The translations under genes and the position numbers were made by a program. This document shows, piece by piece, positions 9,496-19,332 of a stretch of 64,000 bases of DNA (positions within the stretch are counted from its first letter, which is position 1; every line of letters begins with the position of its first letter). The notes below the pieces were generated by a model. The model was given only the letters and a program-made list of their open reading frames with translations. It did not search any database and was not told the DNA's origin. Source of the DNA: Candidatus Hydrogenedentota bacterium (GTDB taxonomy: Bacteria; Hydrogenedentota; Hydrogenedentia; Hydrogenedentales; JAEUWI01); assembly GCA_034669905.1 (NCBI GenBank), contig JAXMOL010000044.1:1-64000 (forward strand), in the 5' to 3' direction.

Positions 9496-10725
9496 GTGAA
9501 GTCTCTTCAATGGCTCATCCCTCTTTCACTCATCGGCATGGCCGTAGGTGCCCCTGCGGCGCCTATCCATCAGATTACTATCGACGGTAGTTTTGATGAT
9601 TGGGCCGATGTGCCCTCCTATACCGATCCGGTGGATGATCAACACGACACCGACCACAAGGGTGCGGACGATGTTCCGGCCTATGTGGATCATCCCGACG
9701 TGGACCTGGTGGAATTTAAATTCAGCCACGACGCGGAAAACCTCTATGCCTATTTTCGTTCCCGGGGCCAGGTTGGTCGGACCAGTAATGCGGCGACCGA
9801 CGGGAAGGCCGGGCGCTTCTACATTATCGTGACCATTGATATGGATCAGGATGACGAGACCGGGTACCCCTTGCATGAAGGCGGTTATTACCCGACCACG
9901 CCGGGTTACGATATGAATATGGAGGTGGAGTATTACGATGGGGAATTTAATACGGGCCACTACCTGTTGCACGGCTGCCTGGAAGATTCCGGTGACCCGG
10001 CCTTTTTTACGTCGCAGGACGAGCAGGCCATGGGGCTGGTGAGTCTGGTACCCGGTAACTATGATTGCTATACCCAGTGGGTGTTTTACGACACGCCTCC
10101 GGGGTATGCCGATGAGATTGTTATCCCGACCGGTGAAGCCATTTACTGGGTTGTGGATAAGGGGCCGGTATATCCCGACTCCATCGTGACCATTGCGATT
10201 TCGCCCGACGGGCACGAGGCCGAAGTGAAAGCGCCATTCCGGGGCTTTATGAACAACAAAGAAACCGGGGAGCCCATTGTGTCCTTGGGTAAGACCCTGG
10301 ATGTGTCCTTTTCTCTGGAAGCGAGTCCCGAGTTGGTGCCCAGCAGTGAATGGGGATCTGACACCGCCGATCCCATTGAGAAATATGTGGTGGGTTCTGA
10401 GTTGGCGGGTAGTACGGGCGACCGCGTCGGCCATGCCGGGGACAACGACGACAACATGATTCTGGATTCCAGCGAACTGCTGCGCATGATTCAGCTTTAT
10501 AACATGGGTGAATTCAGCTGTGACCCCACGGGGGAAGACGGCTTCAGTCCCGGTGCGGGTGGGAGCAAGACCTGCACGCCCCACAACGCGGACTACAATC
10601 TCGACTGGAAGTTTGACCTTTCCGAGATGCTGCGGGCCATCCAGCTCTATAACAAGGGCGGGTATCGTTTGTGTGGCGAAGGGGATACCGCCGGCGACGA
10701 TGGGCTCTGTCTGCCCACCGAGTAG
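9496..10725 (+). CDS. Secreted paralog of the preceding gene with duplicated dockerin/EF-hand-like C-terminal module
   Basis: AGGAG then GTG 9496; signal peptide; shared core (e.g. GYPLHEGGYYPTT, LVPGNYDCYTQWV); two SExLRxIQLYN repeats. Confidence 0.82.
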   Translation: MKSLQWLIPLSLIGMAVGAPAAPIHQITIDGSFDDWADVPSYTDPVDDQHDTDHKGADDVPAYVDHPDVDLVEFKFSHDAENLYAYFRSRGQVGRTSNAATDGKAGRFYIIVTIDMDQDDETGYPLHEGGYYPTTPGYDMNMEVEYYDGEFNTGHYLLHGCLEDSGDPAFFTSQDEQAMGLVSLVPGNYDCYTQWVFYDTPPGYADEIVIPTGEAIYWVVDKGPVYPDSIVTIAISPDGHEAEVKAPFRGFMNNKETGEPIVSLGKTLDVSFSLEASPELVPSSEWGSDTADPIEKYVVGSELAGSTGDRVGHAGDNDDNMILDSSELLRMIQLYNMGEFSCDPTGEDGFSPGAGGSKTCTPHNADYNLDWKFDLSEMLRAIQLYNKGGYRLCGEGDTAGDDGLCLPTE

Positions 10726-11066
10726 TCTTTTTCGATAGCGGTTTATTCAGCCAGAGATGACACGTGGTCGTCTCTGGCTTTTTTATGGTGGTGGGCGGGG
10801 GCGCGTTTCGAAGGCCTTGGGGGGCGGGTGTATATTCTGGCAGGCGGTGTTTATGGAGCGCCGTCGGCCCGACGGCCTGCGCTGCAAGGGCATTTCTGCT
10901 TGTGAAGTGCTTGGTCCGTTGTGGGTTGTCGACGATTTTCCATATGTTGACTCGGAATCGAACTCACCCACAAACTTCCCCCGCTGCGCTCCTCCGTTTG
11001 AAGGTGGCACCCGGAATAATCCACGGGAGGGCCATAGAGATTGGGGGCAGGGCTCTCTTCAGACAC

Positions 11067-11096
11067 AAAAAAGGGTGATTCCGAAGAATCACCCTT
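11067..11096 (-). terminator. Intrinsic terminator after hisG
   Basis: AAGGGTGATTC-CGAA-GAATCACCCTT perfect stem with A run on +. Confidence 0.8.
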
Positions 11097-11121
11097 GAGA
11101 TTGTTTGATGAACTGGGGGAA

Positions 11122-12192
11122 TTAGAAATCAATCGCATCCAGGCCCGTGATGCAGGAATCGAGGGGGATGGTCTCGATGTGGGAGGCGCCCATCTTGGCC
11201 AGCTCGTAGCGTACCTGGGCCAGTCCCATCTTCTTATTCTGGGTGCTGACCTGGACACTGAACTCGGTGTAGCTTGTGCCCTTGCTCATGGTGGGCTCGT
11301 CGCCGAAGAGGGCGTTCTCGCTCAAATAGGCCACGATGGTCTCGACCGATTCATTCTTCGCATTGAAGCTCAGCAGGAGCTTGTCTTCGGCGAAGATGGA
11401 GCCCTGCAGGTTCAGCAGGAACATGCGGGCCAGTTCCAGTTTTTCTGGCGTCTCTTTAATCTTGGGGTTTGCCCAGATACCGGTCTCGGACTTGTAGACT
11501 TCTTCACTGATTTGGAGGCCATAGTTGCGGATGGCACTCCCCGTCTGGGTAATTTCCAGACCGAAATCCACGGAGCCCTGCAGCACCTTCGCTTCGGTCT
11601 TGCCCCAGGTTTCATAGATGACCAGACCGGCATCGATTTTCGGGGGGGTCTTGAACTTCTGAACGGAAAACGCGCTGTGGGAATCCTGAAAGCCCAGTTC
11701 GGCGATCTTCTTGTGGAACCAGTCCAGGGCGAGGTACGGCATTTCGGAGACCATGGTGAGCAGGGGCTTCTGCACCAGCATCTGGCGGAGCCATTCGTCA
11801 AAGCTCGTGTCGTCGTCCAGGGGGTTGTTGATGATTACCAGCCGAACGCCGCCGCGGTTAAGGGAGAGCACTTTTTCCAGGACGATTTCCTGATCGTACT
11901 CGTATTTATATTCGAGGATGCGCTCCTGGATCCAGTCGTCGCCCGCAATGGCAATATCGATTTCGCCGATGGCGAGCTGGGCACCGAATTCCTGGGGCCG
12001 GCCATCCCAACCGAGGAGCACCTGATTCGCCGGGAAGGAAGTGGGGCCGCCTTTTTCATAGCCCTTGGTGGGGAAGCCCGCATGCTTCAGGAGATCGATG
12101 AGGTTGCCGCCGCGGTTTGGGTCTGCCAGCGAGCCTGCGGGCATGCCGATTACGAGTTTCTGGTCGCTCATCGTGGATTCCTGTGTTTGCAT
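11122..12192 (-). CDS. hisG: ATP phosphoribosyltransferase (long form, divergent)
   Basis: LVIGMPAGSL, RPQE, DIAIAGDDWIQE, WGKTEAKV, EITQTGSAIRNYGL; C-terminal regulatory-like domain; alternative start 12171. Confidence 0.75.
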   Translation of the reverse strand: MQTQESTMSDQKLVIGMPAGSLADPNRGGNLIDLLKHAGFPTKGYEKGGPTSFPANQVLLGWDGRPQEFGAQLAIGEIDIAIAGDDWIQERILEYKYEYDQEIVLEKVLSLNRGGVRLVIINNPLDDDTSFDEWLRQMLVQKPLLTMVSEMPYLALDWFHKKIAELGFQDSHSAFSVQKFKTPPKIDAGLVIYETWGKTEAKVLQGSVDFGLEITQTGSAIRNYGLQISEEVYKSETGIWANPKIKETPEKLELARMFLLNLQGSIFAEDKLLLSFNAKNESVETIVAYLSENALFGDEPTMSKGTSYTEFSVQVSTQNKKMGLAQVRYELAKMGASHIETIPLDSCITGLDAIDF

Positions 12193-12364
12193 GGTGGGCC
12201 GTTTCGCGGGTGTTTATTGGGTCGCTTGCGGCGTTTCGTATGGATGTGGAGGTGCCTGAGAAGCACCCTTCAAAGGCAATCAGTATAACGTCCGAACGGC
12301 GTGGCTTTCCAGTGTCCGGACGAACGTGCCGGGCTGAGTGTCTGGCGAGAAGGTCGAGAAGGGG

Positions 12365-13099
12365 TTACAGGATCTGTCGAAACAGCATGTAGCCCTCGGC
12401 GGCGGCGACGGAGATTTCACTGCCGCGAAGCCGTGCCGCATACTCCACATTTTGCACGCTGGAGTGGTGGATCGGGTCCCGCATCTGGGATTTGTGAAGG
12501 CTCAGGGCGTGCAGTTTCTGTTCCAGGTAGTCCGAGATATCCACATAGTAGTTCATATGAATCTTCTCGTGTTCCAGACTCCAGAAGAGGGAGGTGTTGT
12601 TGTAGCCGAGCACCAGGGGTTGGACCGGTTTGTCTTTGGGTACGCCGGGGCGGGCGGCGGTGAAGGCGGCCCGGAATACGGCCTCGTGATCCTGGTTGTA
12701 GGAGGAGACGGGGATGGCCAGCATGGTGGGCTGGAGCTTATCCAGTGCCAGCCGTGCTTCCCGCTCAAACTTGGAGATGAGGTCCCGCCGGGGGATGGTG
12801 TCGAGGCGCAGGTGAGATTCTGCGTCGCGGTAGAGATACTCATAGTCATCAACCTTGAGGTATTCCATGACCGCTTCGAATTCTTTCTCCCGGGTGCTTC
12901 CCTCCACGAGTTCTTCTTTGCCATCGTAGTGTTTCAGCGTACCGACGGAGCAGCAAATCACGTAGACTTCGCCGCCCAGGTCCTTGATTCGCGCCATGGT
13001 ACCCGCACAACCAAAGCTCTCGTCGTCGGCGTGGGGAGAGATGACCAGAAGGCGCTGTTTCGAAAGAAACTCATCACCCTGTGTTTCAGGAGTTCGCAT
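12365..13099 (-). CDS. PIG-L/LmbE family N-deacetylase
   Basis: SPHADDE and QDH metal motifs; YVDIS, HKSQ. Confidence 0.9.
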   Translation of the reverse strand: MRTPETQGDEFLSKQRLLVISPHADDESFGCAGTMARIKDLGGEVYVICCSVGTLKHYDGKEELVEGSTREKEFEAVMEYLKVDDYEYLYRDAESHLRLDTIPRRDLISKFEREARLALDKLQPTMLAIPVSSYNQDHEAVFRAAFTAARPGVPKDKPVQPLVLGYNNTSLFWSLEHEKIHMNYYVDISDYLEQKLHALSLHKSQMRDPIHHSSVQNVEYAARLRGSEISVAAAEGYMLFRQIL

Positions 13100-14255
13100 G
13101 TAATAATTCCTCGTAGACGGTTTCTATGCGGTGAACCATATGTTCTAAACTGTAGTGGGGCACGATTTTGGCCCGGGCCGTCGCCCCCATGAGGCGGCGT
13201 CGTTCGGGAGATTGCGCAAGCAGGGTCACGGCCTCCGCCAATTCGCCGGGCGCGCGCGGCGGGACCAGCAGGCCGGTTTCCCCGTCATCAACCACATCGG
13301 GGATGCCGCCCACCCGGCTGGCTACGACGGGGAGCGCGGCGGCACCGGCTTCGAGTATCACGCGGCCCATGCCTTCGTTGATCGAAGGGACCACCAGGAC
13401 GTCCAGCGCGGCCATCAGCGTGGGGACGTCTTCCCGCAGTCCGAGAAACTGGATGGAAATGCCGGCCGCTGCCGCCTGGCGTTCCAGGTCGGGTCGAAGG
13501 GTGCCTTCGCCGATGAGAATGAATTGCAGGGGGTGCGCCACCGCCTTGAGTGCCTGGGCCATGGCTACAAAATACGTGAATCCCTTTACGGGTTCAAGCC
13601 GCCCGACCCCACCCACGACAATATCACCCGGAGCGATGCCGAGGGCGTGGCGGGTCTGTTCCCGGTCGCGGAGGGCGTCGTCATAGGGGCTGGTGTCGAT
13701 GCCGCTGAAAATAACCCGGTATTGTTCCCGCTGGCCAATGCCTTCGGCCAGGTGTTCCGAGACGCCGCCCTGGGTCAATTCGATGATGCGGCCTGTTCGT
13801 CGTGCGGCGTGCCGCTCCATCCACACGAAGAGGCGGGTCAGGGGGCGATTGTAGTAGCCGTGAAAAACGTTGCCATGGGGCGTATGAACCACGTGGGGGA
13901 TGCCTGCCCGCTCTGCTGCCAGTCGCCCCAGAAATCCCGCCTTGGAGGTGTGGGTGTGGACGATATCGTAGCGGCCTTTCTTGAGCAATCGGGTCAGCTG
14001 GCGCAGCGCGAGGGCGTCGTGCAGCGGGGACGGGGTGCGAATCAGGGCGGGTACGCGAATAATCGGGATGCGTGCTTCGGTAATGGCCGTTTCGATACTG
14101 CCTTCCCGTCCGGCGGTGGGGCCACTCAGGAGATCGCATTCGAAACGCTCCCGGTTGGCCAGCCGAATCGTATGAAAGGTGTTCTCCTGAGCGCCCCCTT
14201 TGCAAAGGCGGGTGATAATGTGGGCCACTCGGACGGGCGCGTTGGCGTTACTCAT
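13086..14255 (-). CDS. Glycosyltransferase family 4
   Basis: GGAQ, HTHTSKAG, HTPHG, GRLEPVKG, EGMGRVILEA. Confidence 0.92.
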   Translation of the reverse strand: MSNANAPVRVAHIITRLCKGGAQENTFHTIRLANRERFECDLLSGPTAGREGSIETAITEARIPIIRVPALIRTPSPLHDALALRQLTRLLKKGRYDIVHTHTSKAGFLGRLAAERAGIPHVVHTPHGNVFHGYYNRPLTRLFVWMERHAARRTGRIIELTQGGVSEHLAEGIGQREQYRVIFSGIDTSPYDDALRDREQTRHALGIAPGDIVVGGVGRLEPVKGFTYFVAMAQALKAVAHPLQFILIGEGTLRPDLERQAAAAGISIQFLGLREDVPTLMAALDVLVVPSINEGMGRVILEAGAAALPVVASRVGGIPDVVDDGETGLLVPPRAPGELAEAVTLLAQSPERRRLMGATARAKIVPHYSLEHMVHRIETVYEELLHANS

Positions 14256-15366
14256 CGTCAAGGAGCCGTTTCGAAAAGGTGTCCCAATTCAGTGTTTCCT
14301 CGACCCGCCGCCGGCCCGCTTCCCCCAGTTCCCGGGCGTATTCTGGTTGGGAAAGTAGCGTGTAGAGGGCATCGCTAAGTTTTTCCACGCTCATCGGAGG
14401 GATGAGGATGCCCGTTTTCCCATCGAGGACCGCGTCGGTCACCCCGCCGGAGCGTCCGGCCACCACGGGTTTGGCATGGGCCTGGGCCTCGGTGAATACC
14501 AGTCCGAAGCCTTCCACCTGCCCTTGTTCATCTTCCCCCGTGGGCAGGGCGAAACAGGTACACCGGTGGTAGAGGGCCTGTAAGGTCTCATCGTCGACAT
14601 AACCGGGACAGCGGACAGAGCCTTCAATGCCGAGCGCGGCCGCCTTTTCAAGGCAGCGTCGGCGCTCGGGTCCCCGCCCAATCATGACCAGCTGGGCCAT
14701 GCCAACCCGTTCATGGAGGTAGGGGAGGGCTTCCACGAGGCGAATGTGCCCTTTACGGGGAATGAATCGGCCGGCGGCGAGGATGAGGGGGCCTTCCTGG
14801 AGGTCCAGCGCATGGCAGGCCCGTGCGATGGCCTCATCGGACGGTGGGGTTGCGGGGTGGGCACCGGGCAATACCACGCGAATGCGCGATTCGGAGACCC
14901 CGAAGTGAATGAGGTTCTCCCGGGTAAAGCGGCTGATAGCGATGCAGCGGGTGCCCTTGCGATAAATGCTCTGGAAGGTCCAGCGTGCCAGCGGATTTCG
15001 GGCGAACTTGAGGAACTCGTAGGCATAGGCGAAGTTGATGTAGGGCGTGCCGTGCCGGGCATAGGCCAGGCGGCCCAGCAGGCCCCCGTAGGCCACGTTG
15101 ATGGCCAGCAGGCACTCGGTGTCCCGGGTGAGAGGCCAGGCGGCCCTGAGGAGGGGCAGGAGGCGAAACCAGCCCCGGTCGTAGCCCGGAAAGCGGAGCA
15201 CCTGCACGGGCTCCTTTTCGTCGAAGTCTTCCATGTCGGGGAACCAGGGCGCCACGACGGTCACCTCATGGCCCTGTCGGGCCAGTGACCGGGACACCTG
15301 GAGGGCCACGGTGCTGATTCCACCTTCGATAGGCGGATAGTCGACCGTGGGAATCAGGATGCGCAT
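14248..15366 (-). CDS. Glycosyltransferase family 4 (PimB-like)
   Basis: DYPPIEGGI, GRFIPRKG, EGFGLVFTEA. Confidence 0.92.
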   Translation of the reverse strand: MRILIPTVDYPPIEGGISTVALQVSRSLARQGHEVTVVAPWFPDMEDFDEKEPVQVLRFPGYDRGWFRLLPLLRAAWPLTRDTECLLAINVAYGGLLGRLAYARHGTPYINFAYAYEFLKFARNPLARWTFQSIYRKGTRCIAISRFTRENLIHFGVSESRIRVVLPGAHPATPPSDEAIARACHALDLQEGPLILAAGRFIPRKGHIRLVEALPYLHERVGMAQLVMIGRGPERRRCLEKAAALGIEGSVRCPGYVDDETLQALYHRCTCFALPTGEDEQGQVEGFGLVFTEAQAHAKPVVAGRSGGVTDAVLDGKTGILIPPMSVEKLSDALYTLLSQPEYARELGEAGRRRVEETLNWDTFSKRLLDDE

Positions 15367-15391
15367 GGTAGGGGCTTTTTTCGGGCGTTGT

Positions 15392-17089
15392 TCATGAAGC
15401 AGTGTCTTTTACGATGAGGTAGTCTCCGATGGCCAGAGCATCCATCCCGGTGCTGTAAAAGCACCGGATGGCATCGGCCGGTCGGTGGACGATGGGCTCT
15501 CCCATGACATTGAAGCTGGTGTTGAGCAGCATGGGGGTTCCCGTTATCTCGGCGAAGGCTTTGATCAGGGCGTGGTAGCGGGGATTGGCCGTCTCGGTGA
15601 CGGTCTGTACCCGCGCGGTGCCGTTGATGTGGGTAATGGCCGGGACTTCGGCCTGCTTTTCGGGGCGCACCGGATAGACAAAAAGCATGAAGGGCGAGTC
15701 GGTGCAGTCTTCGAAGTACTCATTGGCGTGTTCCGCCAGGACGCTGGGTGCGAAGGGACGAAATTCTTCGCGAAATTTAACGTACTTGTTGAGCAAGTCT
15801 TTCATGTCGGGCCGTGTGGGGTCGGCGAGAATGCTGCGGCTCCCCAATGCCCGCGGTCCAAACTCCATCTTGCCCTGAAACCATCCCACGATTTTGCCCT
15901 CGGCCAGGAGCTTCGCCGTGTCCCGTGCGATGTTGTCGGAACGGATATGGGGCGTCTTGGTGAGTTCGAGGTAGGCACCGATTTCTTCATTGGAAACTTC
16001 CGGGCCGAGGTGGGCGTGTTTCATCACATAGGTGCGCGGTGTGCCGCCCAGTTGATGGTGGAGCTGCAGGGCGGCGCCGATCGCAATACCGTCGTCGCCA
16101 GAGGCCGGTTGGACCCAGATATCCTCGAAGGGCCCCTCACGGAGGAGGCGTCCATTCATGGAGCAGTTCAGCGCCACGCCCCCTGCAAGGCACAAACGCT
16201 TGAGTCCCGTTTCCTGTTGGAGTTGTCGTGCGAGGTTGAGCACCGTGTCTTCCAGCAGGCGCTGGGCCGATGCGGCCAGATTTCGGTGATGGGCCGTCAG
16301 GGGCTCCTCCTTTTTGCGGGGCGGGCCAAAACGTTTTATGAAGCGCTCACTGAAATAACCACACCGGGAACCGGGGAGATAGTGCCACGCGGTCCATCGT
16401 TTGTCGATGGAATACCAGCCGTCGTCCTGGGGGCGGATGACTTCCTTGAGCGCCTCATAGTAGGTGGGCTCGCCGTAAGAGGCCAGGCCCATGACCTTGT
16501 ATTCGTCGGAGGCGCGCAGAAAACCCAGGTAGTCCGTCAGGGCGGAATAGAAGACCCCCAATGAGTTGGGGTAGTTGGTCTGGCGAACCCGTTGGATGTC
16601 GCCTCCGCGCCCCACGCCGGTCCAGGTGACCGCCCATTCGCCCACGTAATCGATGGAGAGCAGCGCCGCTTCCTCGAAGGGGCTGCAGAGAAAGGCGCTC
16701 GCCGCATGGGCCGGGTGGTGTTCCATGTAGTGAAGTTGTGCGGTGGAGGGCGTGATTTGGCGCAGGCCCCGCATATATTGGGCGTTGTGGAGCAATTCAT
16801 AGCCCGCGAATCCGGCGGAATAGAGGGGGCTGCGCAGGGCGGTCCAGGCGCGGTAGGGCAAGCGTCTGGCCAGGCGGAGTCCCGGGCGCATATAGCCCAC
16901 GACGTGATCAATTTCTTCCGGGGCGATACCGCCTTCTTTCAGGCACCAGGCGATGGCCTCATGGGGAATGCCGCCCTGATGCTTCACGCGGGTCAGGCGC
17001 TCTTCCGCGACGGCGGCCCGCACCTGTCCGTTTATTATCAGCGCTGCCGCCGAATCGTGGGAGTAGCCACCGATACCCAGGATATTCAC
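15392..17089 (-). CDS. O-carbamoyltransferase, NodU/CmcH/TobZ family
   Basis: HDSAAAL, EERLTRVK, HHPAHAASAF, EYKVMGLA, EFGPRALGSRSIL, LNTSFN; GTG start 17089 likely. Confidence 0.93.
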   Translation of the reverse strand: MNILGIGGYSHDSAAALIINGQVRAAVAEERLTRVKHQGGIPHEAIAWCLKEGGIAPEEIDHVVGYMRPGLRLARRLPYRAWTALRSPLYSAGFAGYELLHNAQYMRGLRQITPSTAQLHYMEHHPAHAASAFLCSPFEEAALLSIDYVGEWAVTWTGVGRGGDIQRVRQTNYPNSLGVFYSALTDYLGFLRASDEYKVMGLASYGEPTYYEALKEVIRPQDDGWYSIDKRWTAWHYLPGSRCGYFSERFIKRFGPPRKKEEPLTAHHRNLAASAQRLLEDTVLNLARQLQQETGLKRLCLAGGVALNCSMNGRLLREGPFEDIWVQPASGDDGIAIGAALQLHHQLGGTPRTYVMKHAHLGPEVSNEEIGAYLELTKTPHIRSDNIARDTAKLLAEGKIVGWFQGKMEFGPRALGSRSILADPTRPDMKDLLNKYVKFREEFRPFAPSVLAEHANEYFEDCTDSPFMLFVYPVRPEKQAEVPAITHINGTARVQTVTETANPRYHALIKAFAEITGTPMLLNTSFNVMGEPIVHRPADAIRCFYSTGMDALAIGDYLIVKDTAS

Positions 17090-17352
17090 CCACAATCTCC
17101 TACCTGCGCGGGGTTTGAACCGCACCCAATTTGGTTAATTTGCTCCGTTTCCACCCCAGGGGCGGCCGATTCCCGGGGGGAATCCGTGCGTTTGGGCTAT
17201 TATAGGATTAATTGACGCAAGATGCGAAATTTGGCTTACGTGATTACCGTATTTACGTGCCGGCGTGTTATCTTTGGAATTGCAGTTGTAACGGTGTATC
17301 ATATAGTAGAAACTCGTACTCCTATAAAGAGAGCAGATACGTGGAGGAAATT

Positions 17353-17592
17353 ATGTCGGAAAATGACCAACTCGCGCGGCAGCGGAGAAAAAAAGACCAA
17401 CACTTGGGCGATACCAATCCCTCGGACATGGTGAAGATGACGGTAACGCTGCCTCGGTCTGTCGCGGCATTCTTGCGTTGGAAGGCCGAAGTAGAGGGCA
17501 TTAAGCGGGATGAGCTGTTGCGCCGCATCGTGACCTATTACGCAAAGAAATTGCGCGAGCGCGATCTGGACACGCCGCCTGTGCTGGACTAG
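17353..17592 (+). CDS. Small ribbon-helix-helix-like DNA-binding protein
   Basis: GGAGG then ATG 17353; VKMTVTLP strand followed by two helices (AFLRWKAEVEG, RDELLRRIV). Confidence 0.65.
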   Translation: MSENDQLARQRRKKDQHLGDTNPSDMVKMTVTLPRSVAAFLRWKAEVEGIKRDELLRRIVTYYAKKLRERDLDTPPVLD

Positions 17593-18338
17593 GGTGTTGG
17601 CGGGGATGGGTGCGCCACTCGCTGGCGCACGCATTCAGCCAATGCGATTGCCGTACTGACGGAAGCGTTGAGACTCGTTATGGGCCCCGAAAGGGGGATC
17701 CGCAAGGTGAGGTCGCACTGTTTTTCCACGAGGGGGCGGATGCCCTTGCCTTCGTTGCCGACGACCAGGGCGATGCGGTCCCGCAGGTTGGCCTCCCAGA
17801 GAATCTGACGGCTTTCCGGCATGAGGGCGGCAATCCAGAAGCCGTGCTCTTTGAGTTGTGCCGCGGCGCGGGCGATATTGGTCACCTGGACCATATCGAT
17901 GTGTTCAATGGCTCCGGCGGCGCTTTTCATCGTGGTTGCGCTGATGGGGGCGGTGCGGTCCTTGGGGAAAATGACGGCGGCAGCACCGCAGGCGGCTGCC
18001 GAACGCACGATCGCGCCGAAATTATGGGGATCTTCGACACAATCGAGGATCACGATGAAGGCGTCTTTTGCCAGGGGGCGTTTCAGCCAGTCTCCCAGGT
18101 CATAGACGGGGAGGGGGCCAGTGCGCAGGACTACCCCTTGATGGGTACCACCTCCCGAGAGCTTATCCAGATCCTGGCGGGTGGCCCGCTCGATGGGCAC
18201 GTTGCGCGCCGCAGCACGAATGTCATCCAGGTCCCGTGCGGAATCCAAAATAAAAAGCTGGAGTGCCTTACGCTTTTGGGCGCGCAGGCACTCCAGAACA
18301 GGTATACGACCGATTACGGTATTGGAACTGTTTTTCAA
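17589..18338 (-). CDS. rlmB: 23S rRNA (G2251-2'-O)-methyltransferase, TrmH/SpoU family
   Basis: HQGVV, DPHNFGAIVRSA, GNEGKG, SLNAS. Confidence 0.9.
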   Translation of the reverse strand: MKNSSNTVIGRIPVLECLRAQKRKALQLFILDSARDLDDIRAAARNVPIERATRQDLDKLSGGGTHQGVVLRTGPLPVYDLGDWLKRPLAKDAFIVILDCVEDPHNFGAIVRSAAACGAAAVIFPKDRTAPISATTMKSAAGAIEHIDMVQVTNIARAAAQLKEHGFWIAALMPESRQILWEANLRDRIALVVGNEGKGIRPLVEKQCDLTLRIPLSGPITSLNASVSTAIALAECVRQRVAHPSPPTP

Positions 18339-18775
18339 GGGAGTTCGTACATTTCTTTGAGTTTTGCCGCTCGCATATTGAGATTGTCGAAGTTTCCGAC
18401 CCGGCTATCCATTTCGTTGGCATTGGCGGCCATCAACTCTCGCAGGATGTTGTAGCTGGACTGATAGTCCCCTTTACGTTCGTAGCACGTAGCCAATCGT
18501 TCGAGATTGTACCAGTAATTGGGGCCCCATTCACCATAGCGGTCCAGGCTGGTGTTAATAATGTCGATGGAAGCATCCCATTTCCAGAGATGATAGGTGT
18601 AGCCCGCCAGCTTGGTGAGTCCGGCTTCATCCTTCAGATCCTGCTGTTCATCGACGCCGGGGCTGGCTGCGGTGAATTTTCCATACATCCAGTTTACACC
18701 GCCGCTGGTGGCCAACCAGCCGATGGCGACGACGACGGCGATGATGACCGGCCATTTCAGTCCACTTAAATCCAT
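18335..18775 (-). CDS. Membrane-anchored TPR-like hypothetical protein
   Basis: N-terminal TM (WPVIIAVVVAIGWL); YNLERLATCYERKGDYQSSY TPR-like pattern; overlaps rlmB start. Confidence 0.7.
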   Translation of the reverse strand: MDLSGLKWPVIIAVVVAIGWLATSGGVNWMYGKFTAASPGVDEQQDLKDEAGLTKLAGYTYHLWKWDASIDIINTSLDRYGEWGPNYWYNLERLATCYERKGDYQSSYNILRELMAANANEMDSRVGNFDNLNMRAAKLKEMYELP

Positions 18776-18868
18776 GATTGCTCTCCTCCGGTACGGCAAC
18801 GACCTCAAAGGCGATCGTTCCCCAGTGAATGATGGGCTCCGGGGCAGGGTTCCCCGGGGCGTTATGAA

Positions 18869-19213
18869 TTAGAAACCGATGATGGCCCGTCCACGAATGA
18901 CCAGTTCAGATAGGACGGGGATATAGAAAACGGTGGCCACCCAGGCGGTCACCGCGATGATCGCGAGGAGAATGAGCAGTTTGCCGATGAGTCCACGGAG
19001 GCGCACGAAAAAGGAGGAGCGGGCTTTGCCGTCGAGTTCCTTCGCCTGCAGTACGCGGGCTTCGTGGGCCGTTCGGCAGGGCGTCGAACAGAATTTTCCG
19101 GTGGGACCGGTGATTGTGCACTGTGCACAGGTGGACTGACCACATTGCTTACATTTGGACGTGGCGGCTTTACCCGGGTGGTAAACGCACGTCGCCTGAT
19201 CCAGAGTCGTCAT
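18869..19213 (-). CDS. B-box-like zinc-finger membrane protein
   Basis: CVYHP-CKQC-CAQC-CSTPC then a C-terminal TM segment. Confidence 0.75.
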   Translation of the reverse strand: MTTLDQATCVYHPGKAATSKCKQCGQSTCAQCTITGPTGKFCSTPCRTAHEARVLQAKELDGKARSSFFVRLRGLIGKLLILLAIIAVTAWVATVFYIPVLSELVIRGRAIIGF

Positions 19214-19332
19214 AGCCTCTCCCAACAGCACCTTGACGTTTCAGTGCTGCCCTGGGACCACTTTATCAAAAAAGGTGTCATTTTGCACTCCTCAATTGAG
19301 CGTCAGGTCCAAGACTGCCCGTGGCAGGAGGA

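Noticed and set aside
10860..10877. Palindrome GCCGTCGG-C-CCGACGGC sharing CCGACG with the REP motif
   Set aside because: Lacks the GGGGAC arm and a partner copy; too short to interpret in GC-rich DNA.
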